NCBI GenBank assembly: GCA_013239625.1 | Contig: MU053873.1 | Span: 1,998,524 to 2,062,523 of the forward strand | Origin: Lama guanicoe | Taxonomy: Eukaryota | DNA length: 64,000 nucleotides | Reading direction: 5' to 3' | Shown here: one piece after another, positions 35,900 to 48,490 of the stretch | Layout: each line of letters opens with the position of its first letter | Numbering within the stretch: the stretch's first letter is position 1 | Made by a program: the position numbers and the translations under genes | The notes under the pieces: generated by a model | What the model was told of the DNA's origin: nothing | The model's input: the letters and a program-made list of their open reading frames with translations, nothing else | Database searches by the model: none

Positions 35900-36660
35900 C
35901 TTCTCTTCCAGTTTTGTGTTTAATGCCTTTATATGTGACCCACGTGTGTAATTTTATACACCTGCATAAATGTCATGTCACCGATGCGTTTCTTTAGTGC
36001 TGACAGTTTTATTTCCTTTCTTTCTCTTCCTTTGGCTTCCTTCTCCCCTCCTCCCATCCCAGACCACCCTCCCAACCGGATTAACCCCCTAGTTAACAAC
36101 CTAGTCTTAATTCTCCCGCAATTGTCACATGGGTCCCCAGGCCCCTGTCATCATAATAAGACAGGTACAAATACACATGTGAGGTTTTGTGATTGGCTTC
36201 CTTTTACAACAACTGGATCAGATTGCAATCCTCACGTTTCTCCCTCCAAAAGTCTCCTGGTCCCCCCCTGAGCTGAGGGGTGTAGCTCTGGTCCCTTTTG
36301 TCGAGGGCTGTGTAATATTCTGTGGCACGGACGCAGCCTCGTGGACCCACCGTTTCCTGGCTGGAGGACATTAGTGTAGTTTTGCCTGTCTGTTTTTTTT
36401 TTCTTTTTTTGCCACCACAAATGATGCTGCAAAAAACATTCTCGAGCACACGGCCTTAAGTGCTGTGCAGTTATTTCTGTGGGAGAGACTCCCAGGAGGG
36501 GGATTTGCTGGGCCCCGAGGTAGACTTTACATTTGCAGGGATAGAACACGATTACTTTCCTAAAAGGCTGTAACACTTTACATTTTTCGGCAGTGAGGAT
36601 TGAGAGGGTATTTTCTCCCCAGTCTAGTGGGAGTCAGGGATTTGGGTTTTCCCAGACTTT
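35900..36660 (-). mobile_element. Ancient L1M 3' fragment
   Basis: ggctgtgtaatattctgtgg..tttgccaccacaaatgatgctgcaaaaaacattctc..atttctgtgggagagactcccaggaggggg. Confidence 0.7.
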
Positions 36661-37639
36661 CTCTGGATTCAGAGGCGGGAGGAGGTTACAGGCAAGATGC
36701 ACTGATTCAGTTGATTATTTGACTGGTATCGGCCAGGCTGTGAACTCTGCGAGGGTGGAGTCCGGTCTGTCTTGTTCAGCGCTGGATCCATCGGTCAGGA
36801 GCGGGATACACAGAGGAGGTGCTCAGTGGACCCGAGTGAGAGGAGAGGTGGGTGGATGGTGGTGGATGGGTGGGTGGGTGAGAGGGTGGGATGGTGAATG
36901 TGCGAGTGAATCAATGGAAGGAGCAAGCCCTAACTCCTCCCCTCACATTCTGGCCTCAGCCCCCCTACTCAGCCCCAAGGGGTCGTCCCCAAAGGGCCAG
37001 GCAGCTTCAGCCTCCTCCTGCCTCCTCTGCCCTCTTAGAGGTGTGCGCTGGGGGGAAGTGTGGCTGCGGAATGAGACCCACGTTCTCCTTCTGTCTCTGA
37101 TGCTTCCTAGCCTCGGTGTCCTCGTCTGATTCTGGGTTTGGATCTGCCTGTGCAAGGATGCCGTGAGGAACCGCGAGGCTGCTGTGCTCTGGTAAGAGAT
37201 GTTATCATCCCTGACCTGACCCACGGGGGGTCGTTCTCACCCACCCGCAGGGTTTTGAATCTGGCTCTGTGAAGCTCTCATCTCTACTACGATCCCACAG
37301 GACCTACCAATGAGCCCACGACTCCCCACTCCACTCCCAGCCTTTCTCCTGGACCCCAGACTCACCCCACCTCCACCTGCTCTCATCACCCTCACCTCTG
37401 ACCTTGTTTCTTGAGTTTTTGCTTTCCTCCCGATCTCAACACCCAAGCATCACTTCTCTGACTGCCGTTGGCTGCCCTGCGCAGCCTGGGAACTCAGGAT
37501 AACACGTGGAGGGAGGAACGCTGTTCTGTATGTCAACCCAGCTCCATTCAACACGGAACCTGAGCATTTCTCAGCCTTTGTTCCGTGTGGCCCAAGGGAG
37601 GGAGGGATGAGAAGGGGCTCATTAAGCTCAATGTGAAAC

Positions 37640-37780
37640 AGATTTGTCTGTACCTGAAATGGGGAGCAAGCTCCCTGTCATTGGAGGCATGCAAGGAGAT
37701 TCTAGACAAATCTTTTTTATGGCTCCTGGCACCAGTGAAGGGGTTTGACCAGGGGATTTTTAAGGCCCTCCTCAGCTCTG
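37640..37780 (+). mobile_element. L3/CR1-type 3' end fragment
   Basis: gctccctgtcattggaggcatgcaag..tttaaggccctcctcagctct. Confidence 0.5.
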
Positions 37781-40649
37781 GGTGTCCAGGACTGCTGGCT
37801 GGACCCTGGCCAGGATCCCCTCGCTTGGAATTGCCCCGAGCCTGTTTGTGTTCAGGCTTCCTCACTCCCAGCGCGTCACACTGGCTTCTGGCTCCTCAAA
37901 ACTGTTGGCTTCTGCCAGGCAGCCCCCATCCTTGGCTAGAAGGGCCCCCTCCCCGCCTGCCTCCTCCTGGTCCTGTCCTATTTGTGAGGCTGTTGTCTGG
38001 GATTGCCGGGGCAACGCTGGATCCGGGCCCCCGCTCTGAGCCCCCCGACTTTTGGCCCTTTCCACGCTCTTTGCACCCAGCAGCTGCTCCTGTCTCCTGT
38101 CTGGGCGGGTCCCTGCAGTAGAAACCCATCGATGCAGGCATTTGCAAGCCCACCAGAGCTCCGTGGTTTCCTTCCTGGCTGTGTAGGGTAGAGTCAAAAC
38201 CCAGGCTCTGCGGCTGGCTGTCTGGGTTCAAAACCTGCTGCATCTGCTGCTCTTTAATCTTCCCCATGGAGATGCTCGGTCCTCTCTGCATCCATCAGAA
38301 TATGACAACGCTTTGGTCTCTGGGAGGGAGCCTGGATGGGCCTGGGTGATGAAGACAACCTCTCTGATGAGGGGACCGAGCCCACCGTGCCTGGCCTGAC
38401 GTTGCCTCCCCAGCGGGTTCCTCTTTGGTTCCTGGCAGAAACCTGGACATCCGTGGTGACCGATGGGACCACTTATTCTCTGAGATCCCCAGCGTCCAGG
38501 TCATTCCTCTCCCGTCGGTCACCTGACTCTGGGCCTGAAGTGGGGCCGGTGTCCCCGAGGCCTTGTCCTTCTGAGGCTCCTCTTCCTCCTGGACCTGGTG
38601 GGAGCCAGCGTCCCCTACCCCACTCTCCACCCTCAGCGAGACAGAGAGGCTTCTGATGAGCCCAGAGCCCCGGATTGGTAGGTGGGGACCCGGACACCTC
38701 CCCAGTTTACTGAAATTTCACTGTTTAGCTTTAGATGGCTCACATCCCTTCTCTGGGCCTGGTTTCCCATCAAATCAGTGATTTTAGAGAAGACGAAATC
38801 TTAGGTGAAAGAGCATGCACGAGAGAGGGGTAGACCAGGACATGGGTGGGGGTCTAGAAAATTCTTCCACGCAGATGAAGGCCAGGGCCGGGGCTGGCAA
38901 AGAGAGAGGCTGAGCGGGCAGGATTTAGAATCCCCTCATCAGGCCTCGTGTCCTCTCAGAACTTGCCGCTCCCACGTCCCCTGCCCTCGGGGTCCTGTGC
39001 CCTGTTTAGAGCCCGCTGGGTGACGGGTTCTCTGAAGGTGAACAGCTTCTCGGGCTCCGAGAGGCCTGCGGCTGTCTGGGCAGCCAGGAGCGGCTTCTTT
39101 CCTAGCAGCCAGTAAAGCAGCACGTTCTGTTTCTGCTGGGAGGGTTCTGACTTCACAGTTTGAGTATTTTGGGAGAGACTGTCTCTCCCACATCTGGATC
39201 AGGGTAGGGACCAGCTGTTGCTCCTGTCTCCATGTAGACGCTGTTGTCACGAGTGGGGCTGGATGAGTGCTGGGCGGGGACTGCAGAGGGATGAGCTCTC
39301 TCCCTGGACATCTGGTCTCCTTGTAAGACTCTGGGCTGGGCTGTAGGACCTCAGGGGCTTAGACCCAAGGGCCTGGCTTCGGATTCCAACCCCCACTCGC
39401 TCACTGTGGGACCCTGGGGGCACGGCTTCCCCTAACAGCCCTGAGTTCTGGTCTGTAAGTTGAAGGTGATGTGTGGGGCCTGGGAGGGAGCAGGGAAGGT
39501 AAAGTGAGACCGTGCACCAGGATATCCGGGGCCCAGCCACGGCGGGTGCCTTCCTCCCCTGCCCCTGAGGGTTCTGCACACAGAGATGCGACCAGGACAC
39601 TTGCACAGGGCGGGGCAGGGGAGGCACCTCCCGAACTCCAGCCAGTGGATTTAATTCCGGGGCATCTTTCCCTGATACATACACTACCTTTCCAGTTACA
39701 CATGGAATGGACAGACATCTGGGGTGAGATAGACACAGACACAGATGTGTTCACACCCACTAGCACGTGAGCACGCAGCCTGCCCTAAACACACACACAC
39801 ATACACACACACTCAATCCAGTTCAGCCCAGTGAGTGCATTTTGAGCAGGTCATGCTATGCAATTCTTCCCAACGCTGAGAAAAGCAGACCAGGGCCTCC
39901 TGGAGCATCCAGTCTACGGGAGGAGGCACACTCTTCCCTGAACCCCAAACAAAGCACACGGAACAAAATCATTCAGACTGGGGAGGGGCTGTGGTGGAAA
40001 AAACCAGGGGGTTGGTGGTAAAGGTCTGTGGTGGGGGCAGGGGTCATCATTAGATGGGGAGGGGGTCAGGGAGACACCCTCCCTCCATCCAAAGCCATAT
40101 TGAAATCGTGAAGGATGAGAAGGAGCTGGCCATGGGAAGATTGGGGGTGGGAGGCAGAATGTTCCAGAAGAGCAAACCTCAAAGGCACAGGTCATGAGGA
40201 GTGGGGAGATGGTAGAACAGACTGGGCGGAGGTGAGGCAACCAAGGGTCCCGCGGCTGGGGTGTTCAGATTTTCTTCTGCATGTGTTGGAGCTGTCAGGG
40301 GTGGAGCATAAAACCTTATCAGATATTGCTCAAAGACCTCCACACCCACCAGGGAACCCCCTCTCCCCGCCGCTGCTCACACGGATGCACCGCACACGTC
40401 CAGGCACGCACACACCATCCATCCTGGGGACCACACGTGTGCGGTACCCACCTGGGTACATGCCTGCGTGATACCCGCTGCAGCACATAGGCGTGTGAGC
40501 TCTCAGGCAAACACCCAATACACCCCTGGGCACACCCACACCTGGGGCGCACCCCGAGGGCCCCAGGGACGCCATGGCTCGCTCCTGATTTTCAAACTGG
40601 AAAAGAAAGAAGCCAGGAATTGAGCTGAACTCCTCAGCAGAGTATCCAG

Positions 40650-40915
40650 GGAGCGTTTCCTCAACCTTGGTCCTTCCTGGATCACCTTGATGTTGTTCGC
40701 CCCATTTCCCACGTCATTCTTCAAACCAACTTTACATTAACTCACTTAAAAACGATGTTGGCCTCAGCCTTAGCAGCAAGGTTGAAAGTGGTGAGATTTT
40801 TAATACATATTAAAACAAATATTTGAGAATCACCAAAAAATAACAATAAGTTTTTATTTATTTATTTTTTTGCCTGTGTGCTGTCTACTACCATCTCTTG
40901 GCCATTGGGATGTTT
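40650..40915. mobile_element. MER103C-like hAT MITE, opposite orientation to the 34.2-kb copy
   Basis: tggcctcagccttagcagcaa..taatacatattaaaacaaata..ccatctcttggccattggg. Confidence 0.5.
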
Positions 40916-42689
40916 AAAACTCATTTTGGGACTCGCTGATCCAGTTCAACCATCTTATTTCATGGAGCGAGCCTCAGAGAAGGTCAGTGATTTGCCCGAA
41001 GCCACACAGCAAACACAGCTCAGGTGTCCTGCCTCCCAGGCCTGGGGACATCCCTCAAACACGTGGGCATCAGGAGAGGTAAAGCTCCCCCAGGGGTGGG
41101 CCCTGCCTGACTCTGAAGTTCGAACACGCTGAGCTTCACAGACGTCATCTCTGTTCATCCTTGTTTTCATTTTAAAAGTAAGGGAATTGGGGCTCAGAGA
41201 GGGAAAGCGACACGCCAGAGGACACACAGCAAGGAAGGGCAGAGCTGGGATTTAAACCCCAGATCTTGACGTCATGCTGCAGAGGGTGTGGCTGAGGATA
41301 TGTGGACCAGTAGGAGGGACGCTGCTGCCTGGGGCGAGAAATCTGTGGATACAGACCAGCTGGGGGCGTTCAGTTTTGGGGGCCGACCCACCTCCTTGGC
41401 TTCCCAGCCTAAAACGTAGATGCTGCCATGTCTTGCTGCTCTCTGGAACGGACTCAGTTCTCAGGAGCCTGTGCCACGGCTGACGTGCTACGTATTTTTA
41501 ACTCAGAGAAGAATGCCCCAGCCTTTCGGAGCCCCCTGCCCGCCCCGCCGTACCTCCTTGGGACCAGGAATGCGACTTGCTTCCTGCCTTCAGTAGCCTC
41601 TGGTTTTCGCCCCAGCCCCAGCAGCCCCGTCTTCTCAAGTTGAGACAGCAAAAGGTCTTGGGAATTTTCGTTAAAACTCTTAAACCTGGCTGTGAGCCAA
41701 AGGGAAACAGCTCTGAAAAGGCTGACACTGTCTGGGAGATGATAGAAATACGGCATTCCTGCGGCAGGCGATTCTTGAATTTACAGGGGGCGGCAGGCAG
41801 GCCCGTGAGCAACCGGGCCGGCCCTGGTGGGGGCATCTTTGCAGCCAGGAAAACAAGAGAATTCGTCGTGGCCAGTTCTGCAGCTTTTGCTGGGGGCCGG
41901 TGCTAATGGGACTTCGTGCATCAGCTCAGCAAATCTCACGAGCTGGATGAGACAGTGGCTAATGTCAGCTGTCCGTCATCTCAGATGGAGAAACTGAGGC
42001 TCAGAGAGGGGTAGCAACTAGGCGAAGGTCACACAGCCAAAAAGTAGTAGAGCTGGAATATTTGACTCCAGTCTACCACTAAGTCACCATGCCGCACACC
42101 TGGACACACACACTTACTCACTTGTACACACACAGAATCACACTGACACAATCCATGCACGTCCACGGACATGTGTACACACATGTTCACACACGCAGCA
42201 ACTCATACACACGTCCTAAGACCCGAAACCAAAGTGCTCACCTGGCTCTCTGGAGCAGGGCCAGGACTCTGTCCCCCAGACCCTGAGAGCATGAGCTTCC
42301 TTCCGCCCCTTCCGTCCTTCCCTCCCCCAGATGTTTGCTGTGACTCCCGCCAGCCAGCCAGATGTGCTCAACACCCCTTGATGTCTCTGAGACCCAGAGG
42401 CTGAGGGGGCTGCTTGATTACCCCCAGATGTCTCTGTGACACCATGTCTGGCTCCAGGTTTAGAGGACCCAGATGCCCCAAAGGGACCCATAGCCCCTCA
42501 GGGTCACCAGGTTCTCATCAGTCAGGGACGAAAGACCAGGGCCTAAGTTTTGTCCTCTGAGTAGGAGCCCTAAGGCTGAGGTCAGCTTGAAGCCACTGTG
42601 GGACCTGGGGCTGACCTTCTGCCTCCTCTGAGCCTCAGTTTCCACATCTGTGCAATGGGAACAGCACAGCCAGCTTGGCCGCACAAGGG

Positions 42690-43050
42690 AGTCATGGGGA
42701 CTGTTGACACAGAATTGAAAGCAATCTCAAAGATCTCCTAGCCCCCAATTTGCAGAGGGGGAAAGAGACCTGCTGCCAGGCAAGGGGAAAATCGGGCACC
42801 AGGTCGCGAATCTTGGCTGGGCAACTTTTTATATTTTGCATAACTAGCCCCTTCAGCGGCAACGTGCAACAGAACACAGGAATGAGAAGGTTGTTCTGTC
42901 TTCTCGCTAGCAGGCTTGTTTCGACATTTCTTTTCTGCCCCAAGATATTTTTCTCAGGGATTACTGACCAGCAAGATGGAATTTCACCAAAAATACTCAA
43001 TTGGCCCCCATACTTACATCCTTGTTATAATGTTTGCCTCTCCCCGTTTT
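42690..43050. promoter_or_regulatory. Candidate conserved non-coding block
   Basis: Unique sequence with TTTTGCATAA, TTGACA, CAATTG and retained CpGs, between MIRs. Confidence 0.4.
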
Positions 43051-43214
43051 CCCCCAGGCTCTCCCAACCAGATTTGGGATTTCAAGGGCAAAGACACAAG
43101 GACCACAGCGCTGTGTGCCGACGTGAGGGTGTGCCGTGTGCGAGGCTGGCCCTCTCCCCACAAGGAGGCAACAGGGAGGCAGAACATCACAATCTCAAGG
43201 CTCCTGTGGGCTCC

Positions 43215-43390
43215 TGAGTGAGCAGAGACGAGCTCAGATCCTGGTCAAGCCTCTCACCAGCTGAGTGACCTTGGGCACATCGCTTGAGCTCTCTGAGCCT
43301 TGGTTTTCTCACCTGTAAAATGGGGATGATTACGTTTATGAGGCTTCAAAGAAATAACAGATGCACGGTGCTCAGACAAGCTGGCACAGA
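43215..43390 (+). mobile_element. MIR SINE
   Basis: agctgagtgaccttgggcacatcgcttgagctctctgagccttggttttctcacctgtaaaatgggga. Confidence 0.85.
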
Positions 43391-44569
43391 AAATTCTTGG
43401 CTGGCATTCGTGGCCTTGGATGTTAAGCCCGTTGTCCAGAGAGACAGGGATGCACCAAGGTAGCCCAGCTCCATTCAAAGGCGAGCGGCCAGGTCAGAGC
43501 CCTGGGTGGGCCGACCCATGGCCGGCCCACCGGGTGATGCATGACGTCGTCCTCCAGGCCTCCCCTCTGGAACAGACCGAAGTTCTCAGCAGACGCCACA
43601 CTTGCCCTTCCTAATATTGCTTCTCAGACAAAGATTCCTGTACTTAGTCCCTGTGCCACTTGCTCAGGCTCAGACCTATAAAAAGCTGACCGGGCTGTTA
43701 TTTTAAGGGCTGTCACTGTGTTTCCCTCAGAGGGTCCCTGCTGGAATTGGCCTCTGGTTCCCATGGCTGGTGACACAGCTCGGAGCCGACTTTTAAGGAC
43801 AAGGACTAGATAGCCATTTGCAGCTGCTACCATGGTTGCAGGGGGCGGAGGTAAACTTACACTCTGAGGAGGGGCAGCCCCCTGGCCCTTTCTCTTTTCC
43901 CTCCCTCCTCCTTCAGCAGCCTGCGCACTTACTGTGTGCGTCCTGGGCCTCCCCGCTAATCATGTTACAGGCAAGGAAGCCACAGCTCAGAGAGGGACAG
44001 CGCTTTCCTCAAGGCCACACAGCACGAGTGAACGTGTCTCCCAGGCTCCCAGCACCGAACCCCTTCCTGGTTGCCCCACCTCTGCTGCCTCTTTCCTTTC
44101 CCACTGCCTCTCGTCCTCTCACTGCTCTTCTTTCTGTTCCGCTTCCTGCATTCTTTTCCTTCCTCCTCCCTTTCCCTTTTCCTCCTCACTTCCGTTCTTC
44201 CTCCCGAAGTCTCTTGACCCTGCCTGCTTTTCCTGCTGTGATTATCATCAAAACATGGAAGACACATCGGGAGAGAGTGATGACACCTAGCAGCACTTTT
44301 GGGCTTTTCCTTAGTTCCCGGGTCATGAACTAAGACCATCCTGTGTGTAACATCCTCCGACACCCTAGGAGGTGGGCACGCTATTTCACCCCTTTACAGG
44401 CAAGGATGGGGGACCCAGAGGAGGAAGCCACCTGCTGAGGTTGCAGGGGAAGCTGGGGCTAGGGCTGGGGTCTGAATTTCAGTCTGGCTGACAGCAGGGA
44501 CCCCACACTTTATCCTCCTGTTGTGTTAGACGTGCAGGCACAGCCGCCCCCCAACACACAAACATGTGG

Positions 44570-44720
44570 AAAATTAAAGTTTAACTTACAAACCGTCCAG
44601 TGCACAAAGTTTAAGCAAAAGCTCAATGCATTTTTACAAATGAATGTTGCCTGTGACAAAGCACATTCCCCACACCCTGCAGAGTTCCCTTGTGTTCCCT
44701 CCCAGGGAACACCCAGAGTC
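44570..44720 (-). mobile_element. L1M (L1MB/MD-like) 3' end fragment
   Basis: aaagtttaacttacaaaccgtccagtgcacaaagtttaag..gctcaatgcatttttacaaatgaa. Confidence 0.55.
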
Positions 44721-45169
44721 CACAGTCTTAACCCCAAACTCTGGCCCTAGCCATACCTGGGCTGGAATCCCCACTGTGTCACTTTGAACAAGCTACTTCA
44801 CCTGTCTGAGCCTCAGTTTCCCAAGCTGTACAATGGAGTTATTCCCTGTCAGGGAAGGGACAGAGAAGCTCTGTCCAACAGAAAAATACCCAGAGAAAAG
44901 TGGGGCTTATTGTTAACATTACTAATATTCCAGAGCCTCGGGGCTCCCCCACTGCCCTCAGTCCTGGAGACAGATGTTCCCCCCAGGCCTCCAGCCCTTC
45001 TCTGAGTCCCCAGGCCCCAGCCTGAGAAGACACCTGGAGCCAGGCCCGCCTCTCTGGGGAAATGAGGCACGGTGGCCCCTGACCCCAGCCACTGCCCGAC
45101 CCCTAGACCGCAGCCTGCAAAAGGCTAACCCCTCCCCACCGCCCCGTGGCCCCCCTTGGCGGGTGAGGC

Positions 45170-45490
45170 TGTCCCCGCCCCGCACCCAGTCATGTATTTT
45201 GTATTATAAAATGACTGCCGTCGCCATGGCAACATAAAAGGAGCCGATCTCATTACTGGGGCCCGGACACATTATTTTCTCCAAGGAATTTCTTCTTTTC
45301 ATTATTTCCCTCCAAAGGTCAGTTATCCTCTCAGGCGGGGTGGGGGGCGAAGGGGGGGGTCCGCGAAAGGTGAGTCAGATTCATGGCAGAATTCCCCTGA
45401 CGGAATTTACAATCATTTTGCCTTTTTCCTCTGCTCTAACACCGGTGGAGAGATTTTCCTGCAGCGAGCAGTTCTCTTTAACCCCTGCAG
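45170..45490 (+). promoter_or_regulatory. Candidate promoter/enhancer with X-box
   Basis: GC box 45173-45182, TATAAAA 45205-45211, GTCGCCATGGCAAC 45220-45233, CAAAGGTCA 45313-45321, TGAGTCA 45371-45377. Confidence 0.55.
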
Positions 45491-45808
45491 CCCTGGGAGG
45501 CAAGCTGCGCGCGCAGCGGACTGGGCTGTCCCTCCTGGGCGGCCCTGGCAATCTCCACCTCTCTCTGTGCCTCCCCCAAATGGTCATCTGAGGCCGCCTG
45601 ACTTTATGTCCTGAGGACAGGGGGATCTGGAATGTGTCCCATTTGCCATGGAGAATTGGGGGAGTGGGGAGGGCACAAAGATCATTTGTTTTTTCTCTTG
45701 GTCTTCCTGCTGGGAAAAAACATCTCTTCAAAAGTCAATAATAGTGATAATAATAACCATTCATCTTGCTATCTGGAATGCAACGTGATGATTAAGAATT
45801 GGATTAAG

Positions 45809-45894
45809 GGAGGAGAGGATAGCTCAGTGGTAGAGCACATCTCAGCAAGCATGAGGTCCTGGGTTCAATCCTCAGTGTCTCCATTAAAAAAAAA
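45809..45894 (+). mobile_element. tRNA-Ala-derived camelid SINE (short form)
   Basis: ggatagctcagtggtagagcacatctcagcaagcatgaggtcctgggttcaatcctcagtgtctccattaaaaaaaa; perfect 15-bp TSD aagaattggattaag (45794-45808, 45895-45909). Confidence 0.92.
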
Positions 45895-45909
45895 AAGAAT
45901 TGGATTAAG

Positions 45910-46120
45910 AATTTGGTTCTAGAGTCAGACAGGCCTGAGTTCAAAATCCTGTCTCTGCCACTTGCAAGCTGTGTGATCCTGGGCAAGTTGTTCCATCTCT
46001 CTGAGTCTTGTCTGTAAAACAAGCCTCCTATAGGAGTCTATCTCACAGGCATGGAGTGAGATGTGTAAATGGATGCAAATCACTGAGTAGTGTCTGGCGC
46101 ACAGGAAGCAATTACTATGG
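45910..46120 (+). mobile_element. MIR SINE
   Basis: tctagagtcagacaggcctgagttcaaaatcctgtctctgccacttgcaagctgtgtgatcctgggcaagtt. Confidence 0.85.
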
Positions 46121-46136
46121 GTAATATTTATCTTTA

Positions 46137-46197
46137 GGTATATGTGCGTATATGTGTGTGTGTGTGTATATATGTATATATATATATATATATATAT
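46137..46197. repeat. (TG)n(TA)n compound microsatellite
   Basis: tatgtgtgtgtgtgtgtatatatgtatatatatatatatatatat. Confidence 0.95.
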
Positions 46198-46210
46198 GCT
46201 AGTTACTGTG

Positions 46211-46708
46211 TGTATCAGTCATCTCTTGCTGTGTAATAAATCACCCTAAGATTTCACAGTCTAAACAACAATAATCATTTATTACCTTTCATAGTTTCTG
46301 TGAGTCAGGAACATGGGCGCTGCTGGGTGGTGTGGTTCTGGCTCAGGATTTCTCTTGCTGTTGCTGTCACGGGTTTGGGGCTCTTGTCTCTGAAGTCTTC
46401 ACTGTAAAGTCTAATTCCAAGGTGGCTCACTCACGGCTGGCTGGCTGGTGGTCAGGGGGCTTCGGTACCTCTGGGTCTCCACATGGTTGCTTGAACATCC
46501 TTACGGCATGGTGGCTGGCTTCCCCAAGAAGGAGGGACCCAAGAGAGTGACATGGAATCTACAATGCTTTTGATAACCAAGGCTCATTGTGTCCCCCATA
46601 TTCTATTGGCCACACAGGCTCTGATTCAGTGTGGGAGGGGACTACACAAAGGCACGGATGGCGGAAACCAAGGACTCCTGGGGGCCTTCTTGGAGGCTCG
46701 GTACCACA
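46211..46708 (-). mobile_element. MLT1F/H-like MaLR solo LTR
   Basis: tgtatcagtcatctcttgctgtgtaataaatcaccc..ttccaaggtggctcactcacggctgg..ggcatggtggctggcttccc..taccaca. Confidence 0.8.
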
Positions 46709-47019
46709 CAGCACTACCCTCTTTACATATTTGATGTCATTGAATCTTCATGATGACTGTTTGAGGCTGATTCCCATTTTACAGAGGAGGAAACTGAGGC
46801 TTAGAGAAGAAAAGGGACTTGTCCAAGGCTTGGAGATGATCCAGTGTGATTCCAGGCCTGGTTTCCTGGTCGTACCCATCTCTCGTGGACCCACGACCAC
46901 TGTTGGTCAGATTCTGCTGGTCTGGAAGGATTGAGATCTGCTGGGAAGAGTAAACTCGGGGCAGCCTGAGTCTGTGTTGCAGCTGGTCGGGGCAGAGCAG
47001 GGCACAGACACTCAACAGG

Positions 47020-47200
47020 GGAAGCCAGTCAAAACACTTCCCCCGACGAAGCCAGTGAAATAAGTGTGTTTGTAAAACTCACAGCATTTTTGTTGACAGG
47101 CAAATGTCTATATCACATGGCAACAAATGGCTGGAAGACGCAAAAACGCAGTCAATCATCAGGAATTTTTTTTTTCCTCCTGTCTTTAAAAAAAGAAAAG
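47020..47200. promoter_or_regulatory. Candidate regulatory block (PBX/PREP, MEIS, RFX half site)
   Basis: GTCAATCA 47151-47158 (TGATTGAC on minus), TTGACAG, CATGGCAAC. Confidence 0.35.
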
Positions 47201-47512
47201 CTCTCCCACCACCAAACAGGATGAGTGATGGTTGCAGATCTTTCTCCCTGATCTAGCAAGTTCCTGGGGCGCAGCGTGGAAATCCAGGGGCAGCCCAAGT
47301 CTGTTTGAACCAAACCCAGAGAGCATGTCGGGGTCTTCTGAGGAAGTGGGGCATTACTGACCTGACGGAGGAAGGGCTGCCCTGAGATGCGCTGATGCTT
47401 CAGGGGAAAGAGAAAGACCCAGGGATGAGGGATGTAGGACACCCGATCGATTGGAAGCGCCTTGTTTTTGTGCTCAGTTTGGCTCCAGGTTGCTGGCTGA
47501 CTTTGAGACACA

Positions 47513-47703
47513 CAGCATTCCTCGAGTTCTGATGTGCTCAGAATCTCCTGCAATAGCTGGTCTAGCTGAGAATGCAGAAGCCCAGGCCCCAGCCCCGGAG
47601 ATTCTGATTCAGTGGGCTGTAGCAGGCTCTGTTTTTAATACCTGCTTACCACTTCCCAGAGACACTGATGCAGGCATTTCCGGGGCCACTCTGAAAAACG
47701 TGT
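47513..47703. mobile_element. MER5-like hAT-Charlie MITE
   Basis: cagaatctcctg..aatgcaga..ccaggccccagccccggagattctgattcagtggg..ctgatgcagg. Confidence 0.7.
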
Positions 47704-47954
47704 GGTGTGGAGGAGAGACTCCATGCTCGCTCTTTTCTTGGTCCAGCCCAGAAACTGGTCCTGCTTGTGGGCTGAGCTGGGCTATGTCTCCAGGAGGCCA
47801 TCTCTGATTTTTGCTCTCATAGGATAGGTCACCCTTGTCTTGATCTTGTGTCTACCCACTTCATTTTTTTCTGGCTCCATCTTTTAGAGCCACACAAGGG
47901 ATGTCTGATGTTTGCTTCCTCTGCCTGATACCACTCTTTCACATTTGGGAGCCT

Positions 47955-48490
47955 TTGGTTCACTCATCCATTCATTCATTTGAGCATCTACTGCATGACA
48001 ATGGCTGGGGATACAGCAATGACAGAGATACCCCTGCTCCCGCAGAATCCACAGTGCAGTGGGGGAGATGGGGCAAATGAGCCAAGAGACCAATGAGTGA
48101 AGTATCTGGAAGTTGTAAGTGTCCCCAGTGGAATAAATGAGAGGTTTAGATGGAGAATGAGGGGGCAGCTACTTTACACTGGAGGGCTGGTCAGGGAAGA
48201 CCTCTCTGAGGACAGGACTTTCAGTTTGAGACCCGAAGGTGAGAGGAAGCTGGTTACATGAAAAGTGGAGGAGAGCCATTCCAGGAAGGGAGAACAGCAT
48301 GTACAAAGGTCCTGGGGCAGGCAGGAGCTAGGAGCGTTCAAGGCATGGGCAGAAGGCCAGTGTGGCTGGAGTGGAGTGGGTGAAGAGCAGAGAGCATAGG
48401 ATGGTCAGGGGCCTGACCACACATGGGCTACCGCAGAATTTGGATTGTATTCTGAATCTGATGGAAAGCTTTTGGAGGGGTTAGGCTTAG
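47955..48490 (-). mobile_element. L2 (L2a-like) 3' fragment
   Basis: ttcattcatttgagcatctact..ggtcagggaagacctctctgagg..attccaggaagggagaacagcatgtacaaaggtcctggggcagg. Confidence 0.85.

Noticed and set aside
37140..37200. Possible exon ending at CTG|GTAAGA
   Set aside because: No convincing acceptor, reading frame or partner exons; such donors occur by chance
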